NCBI GenBank assembly: GCA_965242865.1
Contig: CBDETK010000013.1
Coordinates: 3,008,001-3,072,000 of the forward strand
DNA: 64,000 nt
Origin: Candidatus Latescibacterota bacterium
Lineage (GTDB): Bacteria; Latescibacterota; UBA2968; UBA8231
Direction of reading: 5' to 3'
This document shows positions 20,129-30,020 of this stretch, piece after piece; the stretch's first letter is position 1; each line of letters begins with the position of its first letter. A program made the position numbers and the translations under genes. The notes under the pieces are model-generated. The model saw nothing but the letters and a program-made list of their open reading frames with translations, did not search any database and was not told the origin of the DNA.

Positions 20129-20590
20129 CTAACCCGATATATCGAGCAGGGCCTCTTCACTGGCCAAGGCATCGCCTTGTTCGAGCAGGTCGGCGAGGGT
20201 TGTGCGCGATAAAACTTGATCCACGGCCTGCTGCACTTGCCCCCACAGGGCGCGCACCGAACACGCGGAGAGCGAGTGCGTACAGCAATCCGCGCTGCCG
20301 GCAAAGTGATCGCAGAAGTCGTCGTCGAAGAGGCGACCGCCCAGCGTGGCGAGCGCGTCGGCCACGGCGATTTGGCGAGGGGGCCTAGCGAGGGCGTAGC
20401 CGCCTTGCTGGCCGCGGGCACTGGCCACAAAGCCGCCTTGCCGCAGAATGCGCAACAGCTTGGCGACGTTGTGATGCGTGATCCCCTCGGCTCGGCTGAT
20501 TTCCGGGATGGTCAGGCTGTGGCCGGCCGGCTGGCGCGCCAGTTGCAACAGGCAGCGCAAGCCGTATTCTTCGCGCGAACTGAGCTTCAT
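20129..20590 (-). CDS. Rrf2 family (IscR-like) Fe-S transcription regulator
   Basis: EEYGLRCLL, SARGQQGGYALARPP, C-terminal Cys cluster. Confidence 0.92.
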   Translation of the reverse strand: MKLSSREEYGLRCLLQLARQPAGHSLTIPEISRAEGITHHNVAKLLRILRQGGFVASARGQQGGYALARPPRQIAVADALATLGGRLFDDDFCDHFAGSADCCTHSLSACSVRALWGQVQQAVDQVLSRTTLADLLEQGDALASEEALLDISG

Positions 20591-20591
20591 G

Positions 20592-20930
20592 TCACATCAT
20601 GCCTAGTTCGAGTTTGGCTCCTTCGGTCATCATGTCTATCGTCCACGGCGGGTCCCACACGACCTCGACCGAGGCCGTGGCAATGCCCGAGACATGGGCC
20701 TTGATTTTGTGCTCAATTTCCGGCGGCAGCGTACCGGCCACCGGACAGGCCGGCGAGGTCAAGGTCATGGTCACGTGGACGTCCTGCGAGTCGCTGACCG
20801 CAACGTCGTAAATCAGGCCGAGGGCAAAGATGTCAACCGGGATCTCGGGGTCGTAGCAGGTCTTGAGCACGGCCACCACTTTGGCCTCGGTCGAGTCGGG
20901 GGGAAAGGTCTTTTCGTGCAACAGTTCCAT
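20592..20930 (-). CDS. sufT: SufT/DUF59 Fe-S assembly protein
   Basis: YDPEIPVDI..LGLIY, MTLTSPACP, VWDPPW. Confidence 0.92.
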   Translation of the reverse strand: MELLHEKTFPPDSTEAKVVAVLKTCYDPEIPVDIFALGLIYDVAVSDSQDVHVTMTLTSPACPVAGTLPPEIEHKIKAHVSGIATASVEVVWDPPWTIDMMTEGAKLELGMM

Positions 20931-20972
20931 GAGAATCTCCTTTGGGGCTGCAAGGGACAGGCCGCTATTCAG

Positions 20973-21425
20973 TTATTCCGTGGATGCGGGCGACGGGTCT
21001 TGTTCGATGGCCGCTTTGGCGGCGTGCCAAGCGAGAGTTGCGCACTTGACGCGCATGGGAAACTCGCGCACCCCGGCAAAAACGGCCATCTTGCCCAAGG
21101 CTTGGTGATCGACGGGCGCGTCTGGCTCGGCGGTCACCATCTGCTGGAACTGCTCAAACAGCGCGACCGCTTCGTCGGGGTGCTTGCCCTTGAGGGCCGC
21201 GGTCATCAGCGAAGCCGAGGCTTTGGAAATGGCGCACCCCGATCCCTCAAACCGAATGTCGGCAATGCGCTCGTCGGCCACGTGGAGATAGATGGTCAGG
21301 TGATCGCCGCACAGGGGATTGTGCCCCTCTTGCATGCGATTGGCTTCGGGCAGCTTGCCGAAGTTGCGCGGATTTTTGTTGTGATCGAGGATGATCTGCT
21401 GGTACAGCTCGCGCAGCTCAGTCAT
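20973..21425 (-). CDS. sufU: SufU Fe-S assembly sulfur-transfer protein
   Basis: LYQQIILDH, NPLCGD, GCAISKAS, RVKCATLAW. Confidence 0.95.
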   Translation of the reverse strand: MTELRELYQQIILDHNKNPRNFGKLPEANRMQEGHNPLCGDHLTIYLHVADERIADIRFEGSGCAISKASASLMTAALKGKHPDEAVALFEQFQQMVTAEPDAPVDHQALGKMAVFAGVREFPMRVKCATLAWHAAKAAIEQDPSPASTE

Positions 21426-21456
21426 AGTCGAAATTCCTCATTCATGGTGTGAATCC

Positions 21457-22686
21457 CTATCCCCCAAACACCTTCTTGACTTGGTGTAACGCCGCGACGA
21501 GGGCATCTATTTCCTCGTGCGTGTTGTAAAAAGCCAACGAGGCGCGCACCGTAGCCGGCACTTGGTAAAACTGCATGGTCGGCTGGGCGCAATGGTGGCC
21601 GGCGCGCACGGCAATGCCCTCGACGTCGAGGACGGTGCCGATGTCGTGCGGGTGAATGTCGTTGAGCACAAAGGACAAAACGGCCACGCGCTCGCGGGCC
21701 GTGCCAATCAGGCGCAGGCCCGGGACAGCGGCGAGGGCTGCGTCTGCGTACGCGAGCAAGTCGGCCTCGTACGCGGCGATCTGCTCCCGGCCTATGGCGT
21801 TGACGTAATCAATGGCGGCTTCCAAGCCAATGCCGCCGGCAATGTGCGGCGTACCGGCCTCAAACCGAGCCGGCGGAGCAGTATATGTGGTGCCGGCAAA
21901 GCTCACCTTCGCGATCATGGAGCCACCGCCTTCGTATGGCGGCATGGCGTTTAGCAGGGCCTGCTTGCCGTAGAGCACGCCAATGCCGGTGGGGCCGAAG
22001 AGCTTGTGGCCGGAAAAGGCGTAGAAGTCGCAGTCGAGGTCCTGCACATCCACCGGCAGGTGAGGCACTCCTTGCGCTCCATCGACGACGACGATGGCGC
22101 CGTGCTGATGGGCCAAGGCGGTGATTTCCTTTACCGGCAGGATGGTGCCGAGGGCGTTGGAAGCGTGGGCGACGGCCACGATGCGGGTGCGCTCGGACAG
22201 CAGCCGCTCGTATTCGTCGAAGAGGAACTCGCCGGTTGGGCTGATGGGCACGACCCGCAGGTGCGCGCCCTTTTCCTCGCCCAGCATTTGCCACGGCACA
22301 ATGTTGGAATGGTGCTCTAGCTGGGAGACGATGATCTCGTCGCCGGGGCCGAGCTGGGGCCGGCCGTAGCTGTGGGCGACGAGATTGATCGCCTCGGTGG
22401 TGCCGCGCACAAAAACGACTTCGCTGCTCTCGCGGGCATTGATAAACTGGCCGACTCGGCCGCGCGCACGCTCGTATGCAAAGGTCGCCTGCTGGCTGAG
22501 GAAGTGGACGCCGCGGTGGATATTGGCGTTTTCGCGGGCGTAGTAGCGCTGGAGCGCGTAGAGAACCGTCAGCGGCTTTTGGGTGGTCGCGCCGTTGTCG
22601 AAATAGACGAGGTTTTTGCCGCGGATTTTCTCGCCGAGTATTGGGAAGTCGCGGCGGACCTTGGCTACGTCAAAGGAAGCGGTCAT
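21457..22686 (-). CDS. sufS: Cysteine desulfurase
   Basis: DNGATTQKP, EHHSNIVPW, FSGHK, RAGHHCA. Confidence 0.97.
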   Translation of the reverse strand: MTASFDVAKVRRDFPILGEKIRGKNLVYFDNGATTQKPLTVLYALQRYYARENANIHRGVHFLSQQATFAYERARGRVGQFINARESSEVVFVRGTTEAINLVAHSYGRPQLGPGDEIIVSQLEHHSNIVPWQMLGEEKGAHLRVVPISPTGEFLFDEYERLLSERTRIVAVAHASNALGTILPVKEITALAHQHGAIVVVDGAQGVPHLPVDVQDLDCDFYAFSGHKLFGPTGIGVLYGKQALLNAMPPYEGGGSMIAKVSFAGTTYTAPPARFEAGTPHIAGGIGLEAAIDYVNAIGREQIAAYEADLLAYADAALAAVPGLRLIGTARERVAVLSFVLNDIHPHDIGTVLDVEGIAVRAGHHCAQPTMQFYQVPATVRASLAFYNTHEEIDALVAALHQVKKVFGG

Positions 22687-23966
22687 AGGGCTACTCCGGC
22701 CGCCGCTTGGTCCAGCCGACGATCTACGAGCTGGGTGAGCTCGGCTTTGAGAGCGGGGATGCGCACGCGGTCGAGGACTTCACCGGCAAAGGCGCGCGTC
22801 AGCACGCGGACGGCCTCGCGGTGGCTAATGCCGCGGGAGCGCAGGTAAAAGAGCGCGTCTGGGTCGAGTTGGCCGATGGTCGCGCCGTGCGAACACTTGA
22901 CGTCGTCCGCGTAGATTTCGAGTTGGGGCTTGGTGTTGATCTGCGCGGTCTCCGAGAGCAAGAGGTTTTGGTTGGCTTGGTAGGCGTCGGTTTTTTGCGC
23001 GGCTTGGTGAACGTGGATTTTGCCGCGGAAGACGCCGGTGGCTCGCCCGCCGAGGATGCCCTTGTAGAACTCATGGCTCTGGCAGTGCGGCTCGGCGTGT
23101 TCGATGAGCGTATGGTTATCGACGTGTTGGCCCCCGTCCTCGATGTAAAGGCCGTTGAGCGTGGAGTCAACGCCTTCGCCCACGAGAGCGGTGTGGACGT
23201 GGTGGCGGGTCAGGCGTCCTCCCAAGGTGATGGCCGTCGAGCGGAATTGGGCGGCGCGTTCCTCGCGCACGTGGGTCGCCGCGATGTGGTAAGCGGCGGC
23301 CGCCTCGCGCTGGATTCGGTAGTGGTCGATCACGGCGTTGGCCCCGACGAAAATTTCGCTGACGCTGTTGGTCAGGTACGGTTCCGACCCTAAGCCGACG
23401 TAGCTTTCGACGACGGTTGCTTGGGTGTTCGGCCCGGCGAGCACGAGGACGCGCGGATGGGAAACGACGTTGGCGCGTTGGCCGGTGGATACAAACAGCA
23501 AGTGGATGGGCTGCTCGACGACGGCGTCCGGGGGCAGATAGACGACCGCGCCGTCTTGCAAAAAGGCGGTGTTGAGCGCGGTAAACGCCTCGCCCTCGGT
23601 GGCCGCGACTTGGCCGAGGACCGCGGTGACGATGATGGCGCCGGCGACGATGCTCAAACGCTCGACGAACGCCCCGGTGGGCAGGCCGCTGAGTTGAGAC
23701 TGCGCGCCGGCGAAGTGCCCATCGACAAAGACCAGCCCATGGAGGCCATAGCGGTAATCTTCGACAGCGACAGGCGCGGTCGTGGACTCGGCCAGCTCGA
23801 AGTTGGTCCGAGTTAGCGGGGCGATGTTGGTAAAAGCCCAGTCCTCGTCTTGGGTCGTGGGAAAGCCCGCAGCCGCGAAGTGCTCAATGCCCCTTTGCCG
23901 CTGCTCCCGCAGTGCCTCAGTGCTGACCAAGTCGTTGAAGCGGGATTGGTAATAGGAGACGCTCAT
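22683..23966 (-). CDS. sufD: Fe-S cluster assembly protein SufD
   Basis: FPT..EDW.FT, KPQLEIYADDVKCSHGAT, FYLRSRGI. Confidence 0.96.
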   Translation of the reverse strand: MSVSYYQSRFNDLVSTEALREQRQRGIEHFAAAGFPTTQDEDWAFTNIAPLTRTNFELAESTTAPVAVEDYRYGLHGLVFVDGHFAGAQSQLSGLPTGAFVERLSIVAGAIIVTAVLGQVAATEGEAFTALNTAFLQDGAVVYLPPDAVVEQPIHLLFVSTGQRANVVSHPRVLVLAGPNTQATVVESYVGLGSEPYLTNSVSEIFVGANAVIDHYRIQREAAAAYHIAATHVREERAAQFRSTAITLGGRLTRHHVHTALVGEGVDSTLNGLYIEDGGQHVDNHTLIEHAEPHCQSHEFYKGILGGRATGVFRGKIHVHQAAQKTDAYQANQNLLLSETAQINTKPQLEIYADDVKCSHGATIGQLDPDALFYLRSRGISHREAVRVLTRAFAGEVLDRVRIPALKAELTQLVDRRLDQAAAGVAL

Positions 23967-24712
23967 TGGACAGCCTCCTTGACCCAGTCGTAGCCCTTTT
24001 CTTCTAGCGTCCGCGCCAGTTCCTTGCCACCGGACTCGACGATGCGTCCCTCGTAGAGCACGTGGACGAAGTCCGGGACTATGTAGTTGAGCAGGCGCTG
24101 ATAGTGGGTGACGACGACGACGGCTTTGTCTGGGGCGTGGAGTTTGTTGACGCCTTGGGCGACGATCCGCAGCGCGTCGATGTCGAGGCCGGAGTCGGTC
24201 TCGTCGAGGATCGACAGCTTGGGTTCCAACACGGCCATTTGCAAAATCTCGTGGCGCTTTTTCTCGCCGCCGGAAAAGCCTTCGTTGACCGACCGCTTGA
24301 GGAAGCTCTCGTCCATTTCCACCAAGGCGAGCCTTTCGCGGATTAGCCCGAGAAAGTCGATGGCGTCGAGCTCCTCCTCGCCGCGTTGCTGGCGGATTTC
24401 GTTGTAGCTTTGGCGGAGGAAGTACGTGGAGTTGACGCCGGGGATTTCCACTGGATACTGAAAGGCGAGGAACATTCCGGCGTGTGCCCGTTCTTCCGGC
24501 GCGAGTTCGAGCAGGTCTTGGCCGCAGTACGCAACCGCCCCTTCGGTGATGTCGTAGCCTTCCCTGCCGGCTAAGACTTGCGCGAGGGTGCTTTTGCCCG
24601 AGCCGTTAGGCCCCATGATGGCGTGGATTTCCCCGGGTTCTACTTTCAGATTGACGCCGCGCAGGATGGGGGTGTCTTCAACGGCGACGTGGAGGTTTTC
24701 GATGTGGAGCAT
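23963..24712 (-). CDS. sufC: Fe-S cluster assembly ATPase SufC
   Basis: GPNGSGKST, NEGFSGGEKKR, LDETDSGLDIDAL, THYQRLL; ATG at 24712. Confidence 0.97.
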   Translation of the reverse strand: MLHIENLHVAVEDTPILRGVNLKVEPGEIHAIMGPNGSGKSTLAQVLAGREGYDITEGAVAYCGQDLLELAPEERAHAGMFLAFQYPVEIPGVNSTYFLRQSYNEIRQQRGEEELDAIDFLGLIRERLALVEMDESFLKRSVNEGFSGGEKKRHEILQMAVLEPKLSILDETDSGLDIDALRIVAQGVNKLHAPDKAVVVVTHYQRLLNYIVPDFVHVLYEGRIVESGGKELARTLEEKGYDWVKEAVQ

Positions 24713-24750
24713 GACGTGCTTTCGGTTAGGGTTGTGTGGTATGGGTTCGT

Positions 24751-25233
24751 TTAGCCCTGCAATGCTTTGGTCAGCGGCGAGCCGCACCGCACCAGTTTAA
24801 TCGGCACTCGCTTCCTGCGAAAAACGACTTGATTGGCAGGTTTTAGAAAACCGTCGCGCTCAATGCGTTTAAGCTCGCCATTGTATGCGGCGATGGGGCG
24901 AAACCTGACTTGGACATCCTGCGGCAGCAGTTTATCCGCAATCTCGGCACCTGCGCGTAGTTGGGGCAGGAATTTGCTGACCCGAGCGGCACTTGCGGTC
25001 AATTCTACGGGTGCAACCCACGGCCCTTCTTTTTGGTCGCTACCTCCAACAAACAAATAGTCACAATGTGTCTGCCTTTCTTTAACCGGCGCGGCCTCGT
25101 GTTCCAAGCTGATTAGGACTGACGGCTTTGGCACTCCTCTCAGCGATAGGGAGCAACGGTCGTCGCGGCATGTTGTGGCGTGACATTGCGCGTTGGTTTT
25201 TGTTCGGACCGTTTCCACCACTGTCACTCGCAT
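24751..25233 (-). CDS. Hypothetical protein, possible PD-(D/E)XK nuclease-like partner of the upstream ATPase
   Basis: CDYL...VELT...Q motif pattern; TAATG coupling to the ATPase gene. Confidence 0.55.
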   Translation of the reverse strand: MRVTVVETVRTKTNAQCHATTCRDDRCSLSLRGVPKPSVLISLEHEAAPVKERQTHCDYLFVGGSDQKEGPWVAPVELTASAARVSKFLPQLRAGAEIADKLLPQDVQVRFRPIAAYNGELKRIERDGFLKPANQVVFRRKRVPIKLVRCGSPLTKALQG

Positions 25234-26771
25234 TATCCCCCCTCAATTCGAGTGGAAATTTCCGACCAGCGGTTATAGAGCGATTCCGTGACCAGCCCGA
25301 AGCCAGCCGGGAAAGTCGAGGACTCGGTATCGAGCGCAATTTCCCGCACTGTTGAGCCGTTTCCCTCTGAATTCGGCTCGAAAAACCACGCGCCTACTTG
25401 GTCGGGGCTGAGCACTACATCCTCGTCATCGATTCCCGTGCGTCGCTCCTTGGGCAGATCTGATAAGCGAACCAGATTGGCCAATTCTTCCAACACCCAC
25501 TCGCTGTGAGTGGTAATGAGGATGCGGACGCCTGCTTGTACTGCGGCCGCGAGCTGGCGAGTGAACTCCACCTGCATGGCCGGATGTAGGTGCGACTCAG
25601 GCTCTTCAATGATGAGCAGGTCGCCCGGCTGAACGACGTGGCGCAGGTACAGCACTACAGGTGCCAATTCCGACACCATGGATGACGCATTCATCAAGGG
25701 CAAATCTCGCTTCCAGTCATCCGGCCTATAGACAAACGAAGGGTAGTTGATCTGAGATTGTTCGACGCGGACAGCCCCCCGCAGAAGTGTCTGTTCCAAA
25801 TTCTGGGCGAGAGGATCGTAATCCTCATTCTGTGCCCGTCGCCGTGGCTCGGCCAATGCGACAAGCTGATCCAGAAAGTCGCCCAAAACCCCGGAAAGTA
25901 CGGGCATGGGCGAATCGCGTCGCAGTCCGGTACGCGAGGCACTTGCGATTAAGCCTCGCACGGCTACTTGATGCGCGTGCATGACACCAGCGCGGTCGGC
26001 GGGAAGGTAATATGCAGGATGACTCAAGGAAGCAACCATATTGGAAACAACGGCATTGGCAAGCCCGACCAACAATGCTTCAGCAACCCTCTCTTCGTCT
26101 AGCTCACTCTTGTTAATCCAGTCCTCGGGAGATAGTGTGCTATCTACTCTAATTTGCCGGGATAGGGTATTTGGAATCGAAGCAGCTATTTTAGTTCCAC
26201 TATTGGTCAACTTAACGTTGTTCGGAATCGAAGCAGTTATTTCAATCCCACTATTGGTCAACTCAACGTTGTAGCGAAATAGATCGTTGAGTCCAGATTC
26301 CGAGAAATTTCTCCAAAGGGAAAATAGGGTTTGACTATCACTCGAATGACGAATTAAGTCTTTGGATTTGTCCATCCCAAAGCATCTGACGAGTTCGCTC
26401 TCCAAAACGTCCCCCGAATGTTTGATATTGCGAAGAAGGAGAGAGCGTACCAACGTCTCAATAGACTCCGGCAGTTCAATTAGAGAAGACTGCTCGCGTT
26501 TTGCTCTTTGCAAGGTTGAATACGTTTCCCTTACCCAAGCTAAAGCGGTTGCAATATCTTTATTCGACAAATTGAGATTCATATCTTGCCAGTACCAATA
26601 AGAGTAGGCATTAAAAAACCTATGCAGTGCGTAAACAAGAGCCGCCATGTAGGACTTGCCCGTGTTACTCGGCCCCACGAATACGGACATTGGACGTAGT
26701 TCGATATTCGCCTCGGCGATGGGGCCGAAGTTAGAGACCGTTAGCTCAAGAGGCTTTGTGTTGGGTTGCAT
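25233..26771 (-). CDS. AAA_15/AAA_21 (ABC-type) ATPase
   Basis: NFGPI, GPSNTGKS, ASSMVSE signature, IIEEPESHLHP, TTHS; ATG at 26771. Confidence 0.88.
   Translation of the reverse strand: MQPNTKPLELTVSNFGPIAEANIELRPMSVFVGPSNTGKSYMAALVYALHRFFNAYSYWYWQDMNLNLSNKDIATALAWVRETYSTLQRAKREQSSLIELPESIETLVRSLLLRNIKHSGDVLESELVRCFGMDKSKDLIRHSSDSQTLFSLWRNFSESGLNDLFRYNVELTNSGIEITASIPNNVKLTNSGTKIAASIPNTLSRQIRVDSTLSPEDWINKSELDEERVAEALLVGLANAVVSNMVASLSHPAYYLPADRAGVMHAHQVAVRGLIASASRTGLRRDSPMPVLSGVLGDFLDQLVALAEPRRRAQNEDYDPLAQNLEQTLLRGAVRVEQSQINYPSFVYRPDDWKRDLPLMNASSMVSELAPVVLYLRHVVQPGDLLIIEEPESHLHPAMQVEFTRQLAAAVQAGVRILITTHSEWVLEELANLVRLSDLPKERRTGIDDEDVVLSPDQVGAWFFEPNSEGNGSTVREIALDTESSTFPAGFGLVTESLYNRWSEISTRIEGG
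26169..26270. repeat. 51 bp in-frame tandem duplication inside the ATPase gene
   Basis: Encodes NVELTNSGIEITASIPN / NVKLTNSGTKIAASIPN. Confidence 0.9.
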
Positions 26772-27924
26772 ACTCAAATACCTTTCGGTAAACAGTGCTT
26801 TCCATTCGACTGTGAATAAAGGTTTCGAGCGTCCCTGCCTTTTTTTGATCGCGCACTCGCCTCGCCTCAAAATTGAATGCGTATAGATTGTGGCAGGCCC
26901 GGCGATGAACGTGGTTTATTCCATCGCGGTCTTCAAGATAGTCTAAGTAAGAGAGCGCAGCGCGTTCATCACAAATTGACCAATCTGTCCCGTCGTCCCA
27001 GTCTTTGACAGCGAAGCTCTCTTCAGTCGTCAATCGCAGCATACGTTGAGCAAAGGCACGACGGCTTTGTTCATATTTGGCCGGGTCTTTTTCGGCTTCA
27101 CGGCGAGAAAAGCGGGTCAAGTGAACGCCGGGCAACTGCACTTGTTTGAAGGCCGCGCTCATAATCCAAGTCTGTGAATCGACGGTATCTGCGCCGCAGT
27201 AAAAGGCGAATAGCATCAGCAGGGCAGAACCCAAAGAGAAACAGTGAATGTGAGTGTTGGGGAGCAGTTTTCGTGCCGTGAGAATAACGTCAACCACTGT
27301 GCGTTTACTCCCATTGAGAGCAAGTGGTGCCAAACTTCCAATGCCGACGATGGCAGGCTCTCGACCCCATATTTCGACAATAGTATCTAAAGCACGCGAG
27401 AGTGTTTTTTCGTCATGGCCGTGAAGGACAGGGATGAGTGTTGGGCGAGGCGAGGCGTCGGACTCTTTTAATGCCTCAAACATTGTACGGGTGTTCTCCA
27501 CGGTATTCGACCAACGCACATCTATTTCTTTCGGATCAGATTTAGGCATGAAGGGATGGTCAAGCACAACCGACATATCAGCCCCTAACTCAATTCCAAT
27601 CGACAGGACGTCAAGAGGTGTAATACTGATTTCAGCATGTTGTAGAAAATTGAAGGCACCAGAATCGAGCATAAGTGGACCATCAAATTCGACGTACTCG
27701 TGCAGCTTGCCTTTCATATTGCGGATTTCTTCGGTAAACTTATGAGTTCGTCTATTAGCTAGCAGATCAAAGGCATTGAGCAGAATCGCTTGGGTATCGG
27801 TCATTTCCCATGGATGGCAACGTAGGCCAGCACGTGGATAGTCGTATATGCGATAGCTGGCAAACAGGTTCGGTGCCTCTAGGAAATCTGGCGAGACAGG
27901 GTTTTGTGTATCATTTTGATTCAT
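26746..27924 (-). CDS. tRNA-guanine transglycosylase (TGT)-like protein, aTGT/DpdA-like
   Basis: LMLDSGAF, VVLDHP, IPVLHG, GIGSLAPL, HIHCFSLG, ADTVDSQTW, HNL; no CxCxxC zinc motif. Confidence 0.85.
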   Translation of the reverse strand: MNQNDTQNPVSPDFLEAPNLFASYRIYDYPRAGLRCHPWEMTDTQAILLNAFDLLANRRTHKFTEEIRNMKGKLHEYVEFDGPLMLDSGAFNFLQHAEISITPLDVLSIGIELGADMSVVLDHPFMPKSDPKEIDVRWSNTVENTRTMFEALKESDASPRPTLIPVLHGHDEKTLSRALDTIVEIWGREPAIVGIGSLAPLALNGSKRTVVDVILTARKLLPNTHIHCFSLGSALLMLFAFYCGADTVDSQTWIMSAAFKQVQLPGVHLTRFSRREAEKDPAKYEQSRRAFAQRMLRLTTEESFAVKDWDDGTDWSICDERAALSYLDYLEDRDGINHVHRRACHNLYAFNFEARRVRDQKKAGTLETFIHSRMESTVYRKVFEYATQHKAS

Positions 27925-27927
27925 CAG

Positions 27928-29100
27928 CTAACCTTCTTCGACAATCTGCTTTATTCGTTCTTTCATGCGTGGTAGAAAATACCCCGGCAAAACATTGAGT
28001 TCTGCTTTCTCAACCTTTTCTTTTAATGAACCGTACTCCTCTTCAACAATTTGCTGTTCCAGAGGTTCTAAATGTTGGGGACGATCTTGTTGGGATTGCT
28101 TTTCATTTTCTTCGCGCTCTTTAAGATAGCGTTCATACTTGTCGCGTCCACTGTTCAAGTAGTCCGATACGTATTCAATGGCGAGGTCTTTATTCTCTAT
28201 AGGCTGGAGTTCCGCCGGCTTACCTAAGCGTCGTTCAATTGCAGGATATTGTGCTAGGTCTCTTGGGTCTGGAGTGGTTGCAACCACAAAGAAGACGGAT
28301 TCCGTTAGCATATCGAAAAGATGGCGCAAATCTTGCGCGTATCGAGATTGACGCGAACGATGTAGCCCTTCAAAAATCTCCTCAAACTCGTCGAACAGTA
28401 GAATGATGCCATCGCACAAGTCAAGCTCTTTTAGCACGGCGAGCAATCCATTTAAGAATCGCATGGCGAGTGAAGGGCTAGTAATATCGGAGATGGTGTT
28501 TTTTCCATCTTCGGTTAATCGTCTTTTGTCTGTTGCTGGAAGTTTTTGTCCTTTCAACCAGCGGATTAAGGTATCTTTATGCCGCTCACCATAAATGGTA
28601 AATAGACTATCGGGCTTAACTAGTGTTTTGATAACTACTAGGAGTTCGGATGCGGACCTAATTTTTTCCGAAAGAATATCAATTTCTTTTGGCTCTGATT
28701 TTAGCCGCTCAAACAGATCGCCTAAGAACAACTCAGACAGTCTATCAATAATTTGTCCATGAATATCGTAGTAACTCTCTCTAGGATCAGAGACATAGAT
28801 TGGATATAGGTTTTCAATAAGCTTATTTCGCCTAGCTTCGTCAGTCAGTTTTTCAAAGTACCGCAAGATATTTGTCTTGCCGGCACCATTTTCTCCGTTA
28901 ATACGCAATCGCTTGGCGTCTGTGGAAAAGTTCATCAAGGTGGAGACAAATTTATCTTTTAGCTCGTCTTGGTCCGTACAGACTTCAAATTTAGGGTCTC
29001 CATATCCAGGGAATGGATTTTCAAGGAGAAAATGCTTTTCGTATGGATTAAGTTCTTGGTGATCAACTTCAAACCGAGAAAGATCTTTCGTCAGTGTCAT
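27928..29100 (-). CDS. P-loop ATPase (AAA+/ExeA-like N-terminus)
   Basis: Y....L.ENPFP, GENGAGKT, IILLFDEFE; ATGA overlap with the upstream gene. Confidence 0.8.
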   Translation of the reverse strand: MTLTKDLSRFEVDHQELNPYEKHFLLENPFPGYGDPKFEVCTDQDELKDKFVSTLMNFSTDAKRLRINGENGAGKTNILRYFEKLTDEARRNKLIENLYPIYVSDPRESYYDIHGQIIDRLSELFLGDLFERLKSEPKEIDILSEKIRSASELLVVIKTLVKPDSLFTIYGERHKDTLIRWLKGQKLPATDKRRLTEDGKNTISDITSPSLAMRFLNGLLAVLKELDLCDGIILLFDEFEEIFEGLHRSRQSRYAQDLRHLFDMLTESVFFVVATTPDPRDLAQYPAIERRLGKPAELQPIENKDLAIEYVSDYLNSGRDKYERYLKEREENEKQSQQDRPQHLEPLEQQIVEEEYGSLKEKVEKAELNVLPGYFLPRMKERIKQIVEEG

Positions 29101-30017
29101 TTTGCTATCTCCCATCGAATTAGTTTGACCAGTTTGCCGTTCACTCGCATCCCATCCTCCAAATAGCGGCGTTCAAGCCATTCTGGAGACGATGCTTTAT
29201 CTGGCAGCAATTCAGTAGAAAGCCGTTCGCTAAGAATCTCTTTCCTTGGCCGTATTGAGGTGATTTGTAGATTCCCAGAAACTTCTCGTCGAATCGTCGC
29301 GGGTGCGAGTCTAATTTCGCCTAGATAGGTTTTTACAAACTCGTTCATCTTCATCTCAAAAGCCTGAAAAGAGATACTCAGTTCCTTACAAACAGTATGC
29401 GCTAAAATACCCAAGTTCGCATAACCAGATGTTTTCTCTGTCTGGCAATAACTCTCCCGGCAAACTGTTTTGAAGCATTCCAACAAGGGCATCTCTTCAT
29501 CCCACTCTCCGCCCCAATAGATAACTTCTTCAAAAGGCGAACGGTATGCGTGTCCTACGGATACTGCCCATCTCCAAAACGTATCAAGGGCAACGAAGGT
29601 GATATTATATTTCTGTTTTAATCTATGCCCTAAATTCCTGCGAGCCTCCTTATCCTGACGCTGGGGAATTTCAATCTCTCTTTCGTGCTCCAGACAGTTG
29701 AGGAACCGCGCATAAGGTGGATAATTTTTCAATCCTTGATTCATCGACAATAAATAGTCTCCAGAGTTCCAAGCGCGAATAAAATTATGGAAATCCTCGG
29801 TTAAACACAATATATCCTGATTTTGCTTACTTTGAACTAACCAGTTCGATGCTTCAAAGACGCGCAGGATGTCTCTCACTCGTCGTGCGAGGCGTTTTAT
29901 GTTTCCCTGACTCTCAATAATTCTGTGGAATGTGTTCAGTGAGAGTCGGCTTTCGACACGGTGAGTCTCAATAGCGTCGGCAACAGACAGCAATTTATTT
30001 ATAGTAATCGGGTCCAA
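29097..30017 (-). CDS. Hypothetical protein, possible winged-helix DNA-binding
   Basis: 306 aa ORF with TTG start, tightly coupled to its neighbours. The N-terminal RRVRDILRVFEASNWL..LCLTE looks wHTH-like (weak). Confidence 0.65.
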   Translation of the reverse strand: MDPITINKLLSVADAIETHRVESRLSLNTFHRIIESQGNIKRLARRVRDILRVFEASNWLVQSKQNQDILCLTEDFHNFIRAWNSGDYLLSMNQGLKNYPPYARFLNCLEHEREIEIPQRQDKEARRNLGHRLKQKYNITFVALDTFWRWAVSVGHAYRSPFEEVIYWGGEWDEEMPLLECFKTVCRESYCQTEKTSGYANLGILAHTVCKELSISFQAFEMKMNEFVKTYLGEIRLAPATIRREVSGNLQITSIRPRKEILSERLSTELLPDKASSPEWLERRYLEDGMRVNGKLVKLIRWEIAK

Positions 30018-30020
30018 TCC

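Noticed and set aside
24745-24770. Target-site duplication of the sufB 3' end at the sufC-side junction (GCATTGCAGGGCTAA vs GCTTGGAGGGG...GGGTAA)
   Set aside because: Similarity is too short and gapped to distinguish from chance.
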